A DNA stretch of 64,000 bases from an uncultured Candidatus Saccharibacteria bacterium. Lineage in GTDB: Bacteria; Patescibacteriota; Dojkabacteria; B142; OLB20. The stretch covers positions 26,211 through 90,210 of the forward strand of contig CAYWVD010000001.1 in NCBI GenBank assembly GCA_964461915.1. The letters are read 5' to 3'. Below the pieces are notes generated by a model, which worked only from the letters and a program-made list of their open reading frames with translations, was not told where the DNA came from and did no database searches. This document shows positions 1 through 9,142 of this stretch, piece by piece. The position numbers and the translations under genes were made by a program. Within the stretch, counting starts at the first letter, position 1. The number at the start of each line of letters is the position of its first letter.

Positions 1-266
1 TCAACACCTCTTTTATTCCCATCGTTAATATGAATCTCGATGGCCAAGTCGTTTGTTGCTTTTGTATATCCGGTTTTATTGATCCATTCGATCCTTTGAG
101 CAAGGTCAAGATTTGGGGGCGTAGAGAGTGAAATGATTCCATTTAGGCGTATGTATTTTAACGCATATTTTGCGATTTTTCTGGCAAGTTCATATTCGTT
201 TAAGCCATTAGCTATTATCCCCGGATTCGAGGCTGTATGTCCTGATGAAATTATTACGCGTGCCAT
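1..266 (-). CDS. N-acetylmuramoyl-L-alanine amidase (Amidase_3/MurNAc-LAA-like), N-terminal part, truncated by the window edge
   Basis: The reverse-complement of 266..1 translates to MARVIISSGHTASNPGIIANGLNEYELARKIAKYALKYIRLNG... The GH...E arrangement is typical of Amidase_3 catalytic domains. The ATG lies at 264-266, immediately downstream of parB on the same strand. Confidence 0.5.
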   Translation of the reverse strand, partial: MARVIISSGHTASNPGIIANGLNEYELARKIAKYALKYIRLNGIISLSTPPNLDLAQRIEWINKTGYTKATNDLAIEIHINDGNKRGV

Positions 267-288
267 ACTTATATTCTAAACAAAATTT

Positions 289-1101
289 TTAAATTAATAC
301 ATCATAAATTTTTTTAAGTTCCTCGTCATCTTTAAAAGGAATTATTATTTTCCCGCCTTTGGTTGATCGATTAAGCTTAACAGTAGTGCCAAATTTTTGT
401 TGTAGATTTTTCTCTAATGTTTGTGTATGCGAATCAATTATAGTATTCGTATCTGTTCGGTACTTCTTTTCGCTGCCTTCATTAAGTCTTCTGACGAGTT
501 CTTCTACCTGCCTTACATTTAGATGATCGCGAACAGCAATTTTGGCAGCAGCAATAATGGCTTCGTTTGCAGTAAGTCCAAGTAGGGCTCTGGCATGTCC
601 TTCAGTAAGTTCACCTTCGAGTAGACTTTTTTTAACTTGATCAGGAAGGGTTAAAAGCCGCATTTTATTTGCCACTGCAGGTCTTGAAAACCCTATCTTT
701 TTAGCAATATCATCATGAGACATGCCAAATAGATTGATTAGTTGTTCGAAAGCAAGGGCTTCTTCAAGTGGGTTCAGATCTTTTCTATGAATATTTTCAA
801 TAATTGCGAGTTGCAACATCTGCAAAGGTGATGCCTCTTTTACAATTACAGGAATAGTTTGAGCTTTAGCAAGTTTTGCAGCACGCCATCTTCTTTCTCC
901 TGCAATAAGTTCATATTTTTCAGAAGTGCTTTTTTTTGAAACTATGATTGGCTCAATTATTCCATTGACTCGAATCGAGTCTGCAAGTTCAACTAAAGTT
1001 TCGGGTCTGATTTCGATTCTTGGCTGATAAGGGTTTGGAACAACTAAGTCAATATCAAGATTTGGTATATATGCTCCGTTGTTTTCTTCGTAATTTTCCA
1101 T
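289..1101 (-). CDS. parB: ParB/Spo0J chromosome partitioning protein
   Basis: ParB N-terminal box (IAGERRWRAAKLA), followed by an HTH and a C-terminal dimerisation region. 270 aa. Confidence 0.85.
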   Translation of the reverse strand: MENYEENNGAYIPNLDIDLVVPNPYQPRIEIRPETLVELADSIRVNGIIEPIIVSKKSTSEKYELIAGERRWRAAKLAKAQTIPVIVKEASPLQMLQLAIIENIHRKDLNPLEEALAFEQLINLFGMSHDDIAKKIGFSRPAVANKMRLLTLPDQVKKSLLEGELTEGHARALLGLTANEAIIAAAKIAVRDHLNVRQVEELVRRLNEGSEKKYRTDTNTIIDSHTQTLEKNLQQKFGTTVKLNRSTKGGKIIIPFKDDEELKKIYDVLI

Positions 1102-1172
1102 ATGTGCGTTAAAATATGTTTTATTATAACAACTTTTTTGATAAGCTTTAAATATTATTAAAATCCTAAATT

Positions 1173-1394
1173 ATGAATGATAATACAAATCAAAATCCAT
1201 TTTATTCAGATGATGTAAATGCCCAAGCAATTTCAGATAATCAACAAGATCCTGATGATCTAGACATTAAAGACGAAATCCCTGTAACAACGGGCGAAAT
1301 GGAGATCGGTGACTTAGATAATGATGGAATGGTGAACGCAGGAGACAAAGTTGATAGTTATGATGAGGAAACTGTCCCAGGATCGGATAATTAA
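1173..1394 (+). CDS. Small highly acidic hypothetical protein (D/E-rich, 73 aa)
   Basis: An ORF with no recognisable domain. It sits in the divergent spacer between parB and the EamA gene. Its coding status is uncertain. Confidence 0.3.
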   Translation: MNDNTNQNPFYSDDVNAQAISDNQQDPDDLDIKDEIPVTTGEMEIGDLDNDGMVNAGDKVDSYDEETVPGSDN

Positions 1395-1420
1395 TATTAT
1401 TAGAATTTATTAAGTCTTTT

Positions 1421-2272
1421 ATGGGAATATTCTTAGCCGTAGTATCTGCATTAACTTTTGCAATTACTAATTTCATTTCCAAAACCATAATTAACAAAAA
1501 GGCTAATTCAATTTTTGTTACTGTTTTTTTCCAGGTATTTGCCGGACTTTTTTTTATTCCACTTTTATTAACTCAAGAAGTTGTCTTGCCAAATTCTTCA
1601 GAATATTGGGTATGGTTTTTTATAGTAATTATCTTATACACGATCCAAGGTCTTTCTGGTTTTGCAATGTACAAATATCTTGATATTTCTCTTGCAAGTA
1701 TTTTAGGCCAATCTAGAACATTGTTTAGCTTTATTGGCGCATTGATACTCTTTAATGAATCTGCGACATTAATGAAGATAATTGGAATGGTTTTAATCAT
1801 TGCTGGGAATTTAATTTTATTCATTGGTAAAAAATCTAAAGGTAATATTAGTGTTAAAGGCTTAATCTTAGTAGGAATCAATATCTTCTGTATTGTTGCA
1901 ACCTCTTTGATCGATGCCAAAATCTCAGGAAGTTTCTCAATTAATGTATATGGATTCTTAGCATATTTATTACCCGGACTTTTTGCGCTCATCCCTTTAT
2001 TTAAAAAAATTCCTTTGAGTGAAGTAAAAATCCAAATGAGAAAATATGGTTTAAGTGTTTTATTAATGGGTATAGTTGGTCCAATTGGTTATAGTGCTTT
2101 ATTGTATGCCTATCAAATAGCCCCAAAAAGTGTTGTCTATCCACTGAATAGTCTTACAACAATTTTCTTGGTCTTTATGGGAATTATCATTTTGAAAGAA
2201 AAATCCATGATAAAACGCAAGCTAATTGCAGGAGTCATCGTTTTTATAGGTGCAGCTTTATTAAGTATATAA
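1421..2272 (+). CDS. EamA/DMT-superfamily transporter (about 10 TM)
   Basis: Two EamA-like hydrophobic halves. 283 aa of mostly hydrophobic helices. Confidence 0.7.
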   Translation: MGIFLAVVSALTFAITNFISKTIINKKANSIFVTVFFQVFAGLFFIPLLLTQEVVLPNSSEYWVWFFIVIILYTIQGLSGFAMYKYLDISLASILGQSRTLFSFIGALILFNESATLMKIIGMVLIIAGNLILFIGKKSKGNISVKGLILVGINIFCIVATSLIDAKISGSFSINVYGFLAYLLPGLFALIPLFKKIPLSEVKIQMRKYGLSVLLMGIVGPIGYSALLYAYQIAPKSVVYPLNSLTTIFLVFMGIIILKEKSMIKRKLIAGVIVFIGAALLSI

Positions 2273-2289
2273 TCTTTTTATTTTAAAAA

Positions 2290-2982
2290 ATGGAAATCCA
2301 AACAATCAAAGGCAGAATCGAGCAAAAGGAGCAAATCGCTAAAAATTCTTATTCCATTAAGATTTCAAATGTCGATGGATCGGAATTTGCCTTCAAACCC
2401 GGCCAATTTGTAACGATTAATGTTGGAAATAATATCCGAAGGTCATATTCAATTGCTTCTATTCCCGGCAAAAACTACATAGAATTAATCGCCGATACAG
2501 TCCGAGGTGGCCCAGGCTCACAGTTTTTCTTAAACTGCCAAGTGGGTGATGAAGTAGAATTTTTATTCCCTTTGGGTAATTTTTTCTACAAAGAATCCGA
2601 AAAACCTGTTTACTTTTTTTGCACAGGCACAGGAATTGTCCCTTTTATGTCCATGATAGAATATGCCTTGACAATATTGAATACTCAAAGACAGATAATA
2701 CTTTACAGCGGATTCAGATTCCAAGAAGATATTATCGGAGATGGTCTTTTGAAAATGCTTGATATAAGGTACGAAAACTTTAGATATTTGATCAATTTAA
2801 CTCAACCACCCGAAGGATACGAAGGCCCAGTAGGTAGAATCACACAATATATTGATGAATTAAAAGAAACCGATATTGAAGTTTACATATGCGGATCTAA
2901 TCAAATGGTCTTAGATGTAAAAGAAAAACTTGTTGCAAAAGGAGTGCCTGCGGAACAAATTTATCACGAGATGTTTTATTAA
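2290..2982 (+). CDS. Ferredoxin-NADP(+) reductase-like FAD/NAD(P)-binding oxidoreductase
   Basis: The RxYS FAD-binding motif (RRSYSIAS) and a glycine-rich NAD(P) loop (FFCTGTGIVPF) typical of the FNR family. Confidence 0.7.
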   Translation: MEIQTIKGRIEQKEQIAKNSYSIKISNVDGSEFAFKPGQFVTINVGNNIRRSYSIASIPGKNYIELIADTVRGGPGSQFFLNCQVGDEVEFLFPLGNFFYKESEKPVYFFCTGTGIVPFMSMIEYALTILNTQRQIILYSGFRFQEDIIGDGLLKMLDIRYENFRYLINLTQPPEGYEGPVGRITQYIDELKETDIEVYICGSNQMVLDVKEKLVAKGVPAEQIYHEMFY

Positions 2983-2985
2983 AAT

Positions 2986-3924
2986 ATGAAAACAGTTTTT
3001 TTTGGTGCAGGCAATTTTGCAGTAAAGATCTTACAAGGTCTTTTGACTTTTGATTTTTTGGAAATTGTTGCAGTTGTCACTCAGCCTGATAAAGTCGCTG
3101 GGCGTGAAAAGAAGCTCACACCTTGTCATGTCAAGGAATGGCTAAATGCTAACCCCCAAGATGGCGTCAAGATTTTCGCGCCAATTAAACTTAGGCTTGA
3201 AGCCGAGCAAATCCTTTCAGAAACCACTCCTGAACTTATCATTGTTGCCGATTATGGCCAGATGATTCCCGAAAGCATTATTAATTATCCAAGATATAAA
3301 TGCTTGAATGTTCACGGGTCACTATTACCCGATTTGCGAGGCGCTGTTCCAGCCACTATGGCGATATTAAAAGGTTACACAACAACTGGGGTATCAATCC
3401 CAATTATGACTAAAGGCTTAGATGATGGTGATATTATCGCCTCAAAACAACTCTCAATTTTACCAACTGACAACACTTTAAACCTAAGAATGCGCCTCGC
3501 AGACGAGGCCATTCCTCTTTTAAAAGAAGTTCTTCCAAAATGGGTAAATGGCGAGATTACTCCAATCCCTCAGGATCAATCAAAAGCCACGATCACATGG
3601 GAAAAGGACATTGAAAAAGACAAAGCAAAAATTTCAAAAGAAATGTCTGTTGTTGAAGTTGATCGAATGATCCGAGCCTTTTCCCCTTGGCCAATTGCTT
3701 GGTGCGAGGTCAATTTTAATGGAAAAATTAAAAGAGTAAAGATTTTTGAAGCCGAAATCCAAAAAGATATTGAATTTTCACAAGGCAAATTTTTTAAAAA
3801 CTCAAAAAATCTTTACCTAGGGGTTTCTGACGGCGCCTTAATTATTCACAAAATTCAAATTGAAGGTAAGCCGATAATGGAAGGTAAGGAAGCTCTTTTT
3901 CTTAACAATTTAAAAATTAATTAA
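2986..3924 (+). CDS. fmt: Methionyl-tRNA formyltransferase
   Basis: Formyl transferase N-domain with NVHGSLLPDLRGAVP (the Fmt HxSLLPxxRG motif) plus a C-terminal Fmt domain. 312 aa. Confidence 0.9.
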   Translation: MKTVFFGAGNFAVKILQGLLTFDFLEIVAVVTQPDKVAGREKKLTPCHVKEWLNANPQDGVKIFAPIKLRLEAEQILSETTPELIIVADYGQMIPESIINYPRYKCLNVHGSLLPDLRGAVPATMAILKGYTTTGVSIPIMTKGLDDGDIIASKQLSILPTDNTLNLRMRLADEAIPLLKEVLPKWVNGEITPIPQDQSKATITWEKDIEKDKAKISKEMSVVEVDRMIRAFSPWPIAWCEVNFNGKIKRVKIFEAEIQKDIEFSQGKFFKNSKNLYLGVSDGALIIHKIQIEGKPIMEGKEALFLNNLKIN

Positions 3925-3950
3925 CACATACTTATTAAACAAAATAAAAA

Positions 3951-4952
3951 ATGGCAAAAATATTTGTAACAGGCGGCGCAGGATATATTGGTTCTCATAC
4001 AGTATTAGCATTGATTCAAAAGGGCCACGAGGTGGTCGTTTTCGACAATCTTTCGAATAGTTCCTTAGATAATCTTCATAGAGTAGAAGATATCACTAAA
4101 AAACAAATCAAATTCATAAAAGGTGATATTTTAAATTCCATGGAACTTGACGAAGCCTTAAAAGAAGGCTTTGACGGGGCAATCCACTTTGCGGCTCTAA
4201 AAAGTGTAGTTGAATCGCATTCAAAGCCAATTTGGTATTACGAGAATAATGTTGCCGGGTCAATCAATTTATTTAAAGCTTTGATCAAAAACAATGTAAA
4301 AAATGTCATTTTCTCTTCATCAGCTTCGGTTTACGGCCAGCCAGAAAAACTTCCTGTCGATGAATCCGAACCTCTTAAACCAATGAGCGTTTACGCCAAA
4401 ACCAAAGCTATGATTGAAAACATTCTTGAAGATTCAGTCGAAGAAGGTTTAAATTCGATCCGACTTCGCTACTTCAATGTTGCCGGTGCCGATCCATCGG
4501 GCTTACTCGGCGAAGATCCTATGGCTATGGGAAATCTGATTCCAAGGATTTTCATGAGTTTAATCGGTAAATACAAACTGACAATTTATGGGAATCAATT
4601 CCCAACCAGGGACGGCTATTTGATCCGTGACTACATTCATGTATCTGATCTTGCCGATGCTCATGTTAAAGCCATTGAATACCTTCTTCAAAACCCCGGT
4701 TCAAGAGCAATCAACTTGGGAACGAACTCCGGAACATCAGTTTTAGAAATCATTAATGAAATCGAAAAAGTCACAGGGAAAAAAGTCGAAAGAGAAATCA
4801 TTGCCCCCCAACCGGGCGAGAACATCGAGATCTATGCAAACGCCGATCTTGCGAATGAGCTTCTAGGCTGGAAAGCCAAATATGATTACCACAAGATCAT
4901 TTCGGATGCATGGAACTGGTATAAAAACCTTCCTGAGTTTAAAAATAGTTGA
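3951..4952 (+). CDS. galE: UDP-glucose 4-epimerase (GalE family SDR)
   Basis: N-terminal TGGAGYIGSH Rossmann motif, and YxxxK within a 333-aa extended SDR. First gene of the glycan locus. Confidence 0.8.
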   Translation: MAKIFVTGGAGYIGSHTVLALIQKGHEVVVFDNLSNSSLDNLHRVEDITKKQIKFIKGDILNSMELDEALKEGFDGAIHFAALKSVVESHSKPIWYYENNVAGSINLFKALIKNNVKNVIFSSSASVYGQPEKLPVDESEPLKPMSVYAKTKAMIENILEDSVEEGLNSIRLRYFNVAGADPSGLLGEDPMAMGNLIPRIFMSLIGKYKLTIYGNQFPTRDGYLIRDYIHVSDLADAHVKAIEYLLQNPGSRAINLGTNSGTSVLEIINEIEKVTGKKVEREIIAPQPGENIEIYANADLANELLGWKAKYDYHKIISDAWNWYKNLPEFKNS

Positions 4953-5013
4953 AAGACTTGTATAATATTATGATTTTATAATTCAATTCATACTTCAAAA
5001 AGGAATCTAGACT

Positions 5014-5796
5014 ATGCTACTTTGGACGAAAATCGAGAATAAAAAATTTGATCTTCTAAAAGAACTCGTAAAAACTAGGTTCAAACTGAGGTACAATAAT
5101 TCACTATTGGGCTTTTTATGGGTTTTGATGAAGCCCTTAATGAGTTTTTTAATACTTTACTTTATCTTCACAGCTTTTAGAAGCGGTGGCAACGATCCTT
5201 CGTATGCCGCAAATCTCTTTAGTGGACTTATCTTGTTCTACTTCTTCCAAGAAGGAGTGACATTCGGAATGACATCATTAATGGATATGTCTGCAGTCAT
5301 CTTGAAAATTAACTTTCCAAGGCAAATTGCCGTATTCAGTTCGATCATTATGGCAATAATCAACCTGTCGATTAACTTTGTAATAATTATTGCAATCACA
5401 TTGATCACGGGCTTTAGACCGGAACTCGTCGGTGTTTTATACTTCTTCGCAATCATTACAATATTGCTACTTTTAGTATATGGAATCACACTATTCCTAT
5501 GCATAATCTATATTAAAGTTAGAGATCTCCAGAATATCATGGAATTATTTTTCCAGCTAATGTTTTGGGCTTCTGCAGTTTTCTACAACCTAGATGATAT
5601 GCAAGGTGAAACCGGAGCAGTAATTCGCGCCAACCCAATTGCAGTTTTAATCGATGCCGCCCGAAAAGGTTTTATACATGGAGAAATTGCCCACATAGAT
5701 TCTGTAGTCACAACAGGTGTTGTCGCAATACTTTTAGTTATTTTTGGAACAATATTCTTTAATAAAAACATAAAACGAATAGCTGAATTTTTTTAA
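5014..5796 (+). CDS. ABC-2 type polysaccharide export permease (Wzm/TagG-like)
   Basis: 260-aa, 6-TM ABC-2 permease immediately upstream of its ATPase partner. Confidence 0.75.
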   Translation: MLLWTKIENKKFDLLKELVKTRFKLRYNNSLLGFLWVLMKPLMSFLILYFIFTAFRSGGNDPSYAANLFSGLILFYFFQEGVTFGMTSLMDMSAVILKINFPRQIAVFSSIIMAIINLSINFVIIIAITLITGFRPELVGVLYFFAIITILLLLVYGITLFLCIIYIKVRDLQNIMELFFQLMFWASAVFYNLDDMQGETGAVIRANPIAVLIDAARKGFIHGEIAHIDSVVTTGVVAILLVIFGTIFFNKNIKRIAEFF

Positions 5797-5798
5797 AT

Positions 5799-6551
5799 AT
5801 GGACGAAAAGAAAACTATAATCGAAGTTAATCATGTCTCAAAGATCTTTGAGATTCCTAAAGAAAAACGCAACAGCGTAAAAAGCTGGTTCCTGAATCCT
5901 TTTCGCAAAATTCAAAAAGACAAATTCAACGCCCTAAACGATGTCTCTTTCAAAGTCAAAGAAGGCGAATTCGTTGGAATCATAGGCCGAAACGGCTCCG
6001 GTAAAAGCACCCTACTTAAAATGCTTGCCCAAATCTATGAGCCCACAAGCGGGGAAATTATTGTCCGAGGCGATTCAGTCCCATTTTTGGAACTTGGCGT
6101 TGGTTTTAACCCTGAACTTACCGGTCGTGAAAATGTTTTCCTAAACGGAACAATCCTTGGAATGAGCAAAAAATATCTCTGGAGCAAATTTGATGAAATC
6201 GTCGAATTCGCCGAGATCCGTGAGTTTTTGGATTTACAAGTAAAAAACTATTCAAGCGGTATGATCATGCGCTTAGCATTTTCTATTGCTATCCAAGCTA
6301 GGGCAGACATATTTCTGATGGATGAAGTCTTTTCTGTAGGTGACGGCGCTTTTCAAAAGAAGAGTCTTGCAAAAATGGAAGAACTCTTAAAATCTGGGGT
6401 CACCGTAATATTTGTATCACATTCCATGGAAAATATTAAGAAATACTGTAGCCGAGTAATAGTAATGGAGCATGGGCAAAAATATTTTGACGGAGATGTT
6501 ACTACCGCCATAGCCCATTATTCTAAATTATTGTCAGTTGATTTAAGTTAA
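5799..6551 (+). CDS. ABC transporter ATP-binding protein (Wzt/TagH-like, short form without a C-terminal carbohydrate-binding domain)
   Basis: Walker A (GRNGSGKST), signature (YSSGM) and Walker B (IFLMDE). Only 250 aa. Confidence 0.85.
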   Translation: MDEKKTIIEVNHVSKIFEIPKEKRNSVKSWFLNPFRKIQKDKFNALNDVSFKVKEGEFVGIIGRNGSGKSTLLKMLAQIYEPTSGEIIVRGDSVPFLELGVGFNPELTGRENVFLNGTILGMSKKYLWSKFDEIVEFAEIREFLDLQVKNYSSGMIMRLAFSIAIQARADIFLMDEVFSVGDGAFQKKSLAKMEELLKSGVTVIFVSHSMENIKKYCSRVIVMEHGQKYFDGDVTTAIAHYSKLLSVDLS

Positions 6552-6554
6552 TAA

Positions 6555-7565
6555 ATGAAGGAATTTAATCCCCTAATTACTATAATAATTCCGGTATATA
6601 ACGGAGAAAACTTTCTGTCGAAAGCTATCGATAGTGCCATAGGACAAACATACAAGAATATTGAAGTCCTAGTTGTAGATGATGGATCAAAAGATAAAAC
6701 GAAAGAAATTGTCCAAAAATTTTCGGATAAAAGAATTAAATATTTATATAAAGACAATGGTGGTGTAGCTTCTGCTTTGAACCTAGGCATTAACAATGCT
6801 AAAGGAGAATATATATCTTGGCTTTCACATGATGATTACTATTTATCCGATAAGCTCGAAAAGCAAGTAGGAATACTAAATGCGCTTGATCCTGAAGATA
6901 GAACTAAAACCATTATCTATTCTGCCTTCCAAGAAATGAACGAGGACAATATCATCTATGATAAATTCGAACCTCATAAAAAAGCTCCGATCGAGAAGTT
7001 GACTAATCCCTATTATCCTAATTTAATGGGATATGTGAATGGGTGTACCACTTTGATACCTGTTGAGTCACTTAAACAAATTGGCCTATTCGATGAAAAT
7101 CTTTTCTACACTCAAGATAGCGATATGTGGTATAGACTTTTCCCTAAGAATAAAGTCTATTATCAATCGGATATTACCTTGGTTTCTAGGAAACATAAAG
7201 ACCAGGGGACAAATAAGCAAGATCCTAAAAAAACAAAAGAGAATGATGATCTTTATAAAAATATGATCAATGGAATGTCGGCTGCTCAAATGATCGCACT
7301 AGAAGAATCCGAACTGGCATTATTAAAAACAGTTTTAGCTTTTCTATATGAATTAAAATATTTTGGGGCAATAGCTTATGTAGAAGAACGAATACAAAAA
7401 ATTGAAAAATTGACAGAAGAAAAAGCAAATCCGATAAAGAGATTATTAAAGCGGATCATAGCAAAGTTTCCAATTTATAGGGACATAAAGGTAATCAGGC
7501 TTGAACAAGAAAGATTAAACAAAAAGATAGAGTATATTAATCAAAATAAAATAAATAATGAATAA
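6555..7565 (+). CDS. Family 2 glycosyltransferase
   Basis: IIIPVYNGE...VLVVDDGSKD...DDY GT-A motifs. The N-domain is paralogous to the N-terminus of 12736..14637. Confidence 0.85.
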   Translation: MKEFNPLITIIIPVYNGENFLSKAIDSAIGQTYKNIEVLVVDDGSKDKTKEIVQKFSDKRIKYLYKDNGGVASALNLGINNAKGEYISWLSHDDYYLSDKLEKQVGILNALDPEDRTKTIIYSAFQEMNEDNIIYDKFEPHKKAPIEKLTNPYYPNLMGYVNGCTTLIPVESLKQIGLFDENLFYTQDSDMWYRLFPKNKVYYQSDITLVSRKHKDQGTNKQDPKKTKENDDLYKNMINGMSAAQMIALEESELALLKTVLAFLYELKYFGAIAYVEERIQKIEKLTEEKANPIKRLLKRIIAKFPIYRDIKVIRLEQERLNKKIEYINQNKINNE

Positions 7566-8595
7566 CAACTTTGACTCTAATAAATTTAAAAATAAAGTCT
7601 TATTAATAACTGGTGGGACTGGTTCTTTCGGAAATAAAATGTTGAAATTTTTTTTGGAGAATACTAATATCAAAGAAATACGCGTGTTTAGTAGAGATGA
7701 AGAAAAACAGGATAGAATGAGAAATGAACTTAATAACTCAAATGTAAAATACTATATAGGTGATGTCAGAGACTATTCCAGTATTGAAAGAGCTATGCAT
7801 GGCGTAAATTTAGTTTTTCATGCTGCTGCTTTAAAGCAAGTCCCTTCATGTGAATTCTTCCCAATGGAGGCAGTAAAAACGAATATAATAGGAGCCGAAA
7901 ATGTATTAAATGCTGCTGTTAATAATGATGTAGAAAAAGTTGTTGTTTTGAGTACAGACAAAGCGGTCTATCCAATTAATGCAATGGGAATGACCAAGGC
8001 TTTAATGGAAAAATTGATGGTTGCCAAGGCAAGATCAACTGATCCATCAAAGACCATCCTGTGTGCAACAAGGTATGGAAATGTAATGGCTTCCAGAGGT
8101 TCCGTTATCCCATTGTTTGTTAAACAAATTAAGGAAGGCAAGGATATTACTATTACCGATCCAGATATGACTAGGTTTTTAATGTCTTTAGATGAATCTG
8201 TTCAATTAGTATTGTATGCTTATGAGAATGCAAAATCTGGCGATATTTTTGTTCAAAAAGCTCCTGCTTCAACGATACTTGATCTAGCAAAAGCTTTGAA
8301 AATTATTTTTAAAGTAAATAATGAAATCAAAATTATTGGAACTAGGCACGGTGAAAAAAAGCATGAAACTCTTGTAAACAGAGAAGAAATGGATAAGGCA
8401 GAAGATCTAGGTAAATTTTTTAGAATACCGGCTGATGTAAGGGATTTGAATTATGCAAAATATTTTACAAAAGGAGATAAAGATATAACCCATCTAGAAG
8501 ATTATAACTCTGGGAATACACAAAGGTTAAATGTAGATGAAGTTGTTAAGAAATTACAATCTTTATCTTATATCAAAGAATTATTGGATAAATAG
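7558..8595 (+). CDS. UDP-N-acetylglucosamine 4,6-dehydratase/5-epimerase (CapE/FnlA/WbjB family)
   Basis: LITGGTGSFGN...EIRVFSRDEEKQ... AALKQVPSCEFFPMEAVKTNIIG ... IGTRHGEKKHETL..RIPADVRDLNY. This is near-diagnostic for the CapE/FnlA clade rather than generic CapD. Confidence 0.85.
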   Translation: MNNNFDSNKFKNKVLLITGGTGSFGNKMLKFFLENTNIKEIRVFSRDEEKQDRMRNELNNSNVKYYIGDVRDYSSIERAMHGVNLVFHAAALKQVPSCEFFPMEAVKTNIIGAENVLNAAVNNDVEKVVVLSTDKAVYPINAMGMTKALMEKLMVAKARSTDPSKTILCATRYGNVMASRGSVIPLFVKQIKEGKDITITDPDMTRFLMSLDESVQLVLYAYENAKSGDIFVQKAPASTILDLAKALKIIFKVNNEIKIIGTRHGEKKHETLVNREEMDKAEDLGKFFRIPADVRDLNYAKYFTKGDKDITHLEDYNSGNTQRLNVDEVVKKLQSLSYIKELLDK

Positions 8596-8625
8596 ATTGG
8601 ACAATAATACCAAAGGTCTTCTTAA

Positions 8626-8654
8626 TTGACAAAAATAAGTGCAGTGTTTACACT
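8626..8654 (+). promoter_or_regulatory. Possible internal sigma70-like promoter (TTGACA, 17 nt spacer, TACACT) ahead of the cupin gene
   Basis: TTGACA at 8626-8631 and a weak -10 TACACT at 8649-8654. Found only by eye. Confidence 0.2.
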
Positions 8655-8684
8655 CTTTATAATTATATTTTTAATTTTTACGAG

Positions 8685-9122
8685 ATGGAAAAAATTCAAG
8701 GTGGTTTGGCAGTTGATGATCGCGGGTTATTAAGGTTTGTAAATGGTTTTGATATATCAAAGGTAAAAAGATTTTATCAGGTAGAAAACTTCTCATTAGA
8801 TATGGTCCGGGCCTTTCATGGGCATATGAAGGAGGGAAAATATGTCTATGTTACATCAGGCAGCATATTACTTTGTGTTGTTAAGATGACCGACAAAGTT
8901 AAACCTTCAATAAAAGAACCCGTAGAAAGGATAATACTTTCCGCACGAAATCCACAAATTGTATTTATTCCAGCTGGTCATGCGAATGGTTTTAAGTCTT
9001 TAGAAGAAAATACTAATGTAATATTTTTTTCTACGAGTACTTTAGATGAGTCTAAGGGAGATGATTATAGATTCCCCTTTGATTATTGGGGAAAGGGGGT
9101 TTGGGAGATTGAAAATAGATAA
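8685..9122 (+). CDS. WxcM/FdtA-like cupin (sugar-nucleotide epimerase/isomerase domain, equivalent to the CapF C-terminal domain)
   Basis: 145-aa small beta-barrel protein. Its position between the CapE-like and SDR genes matches the cupin half of the bifunctional CapF/FnlB. Confidence 0.55.
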   Translation: MEKIQGGLAVDDRGLLRFVNGFDISKVKRFYQVENFSLDMVRAFHGHMKEGKYVYVTSGSILLCVVKMTDKVKPSIKEPVERIILSARNPQIVFIPAGHANGFKSLEENTNVIFFSTSTLDESKGDDYRFPFDYWGKGVWEIENR

Positions 9123-9142
9123 ATTTTTATATTAATAAAATA

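Noticed and set aside
1267-1992. ORF-track entries 1267..1497(-) and 1573..1992(-), and similar antisense or overlapping ORFs (3576..3788, 5238..5504, 5583..5771, 6548..6796, 7063..7289, 12441..12668, 13926..14123, 15639..15905, 16504..16770, 17418..17624, 18317..18628, 21886..22104, 22869..23105, 23327..23569, 27540..28727, 44219..44835 and others)
   Set aside because: Each lies wholly or largely inside a longer ORF with clear family signatures on another frame or strand. They have low-complexity or odd composition and no motifs, and are treated as spurious frames.
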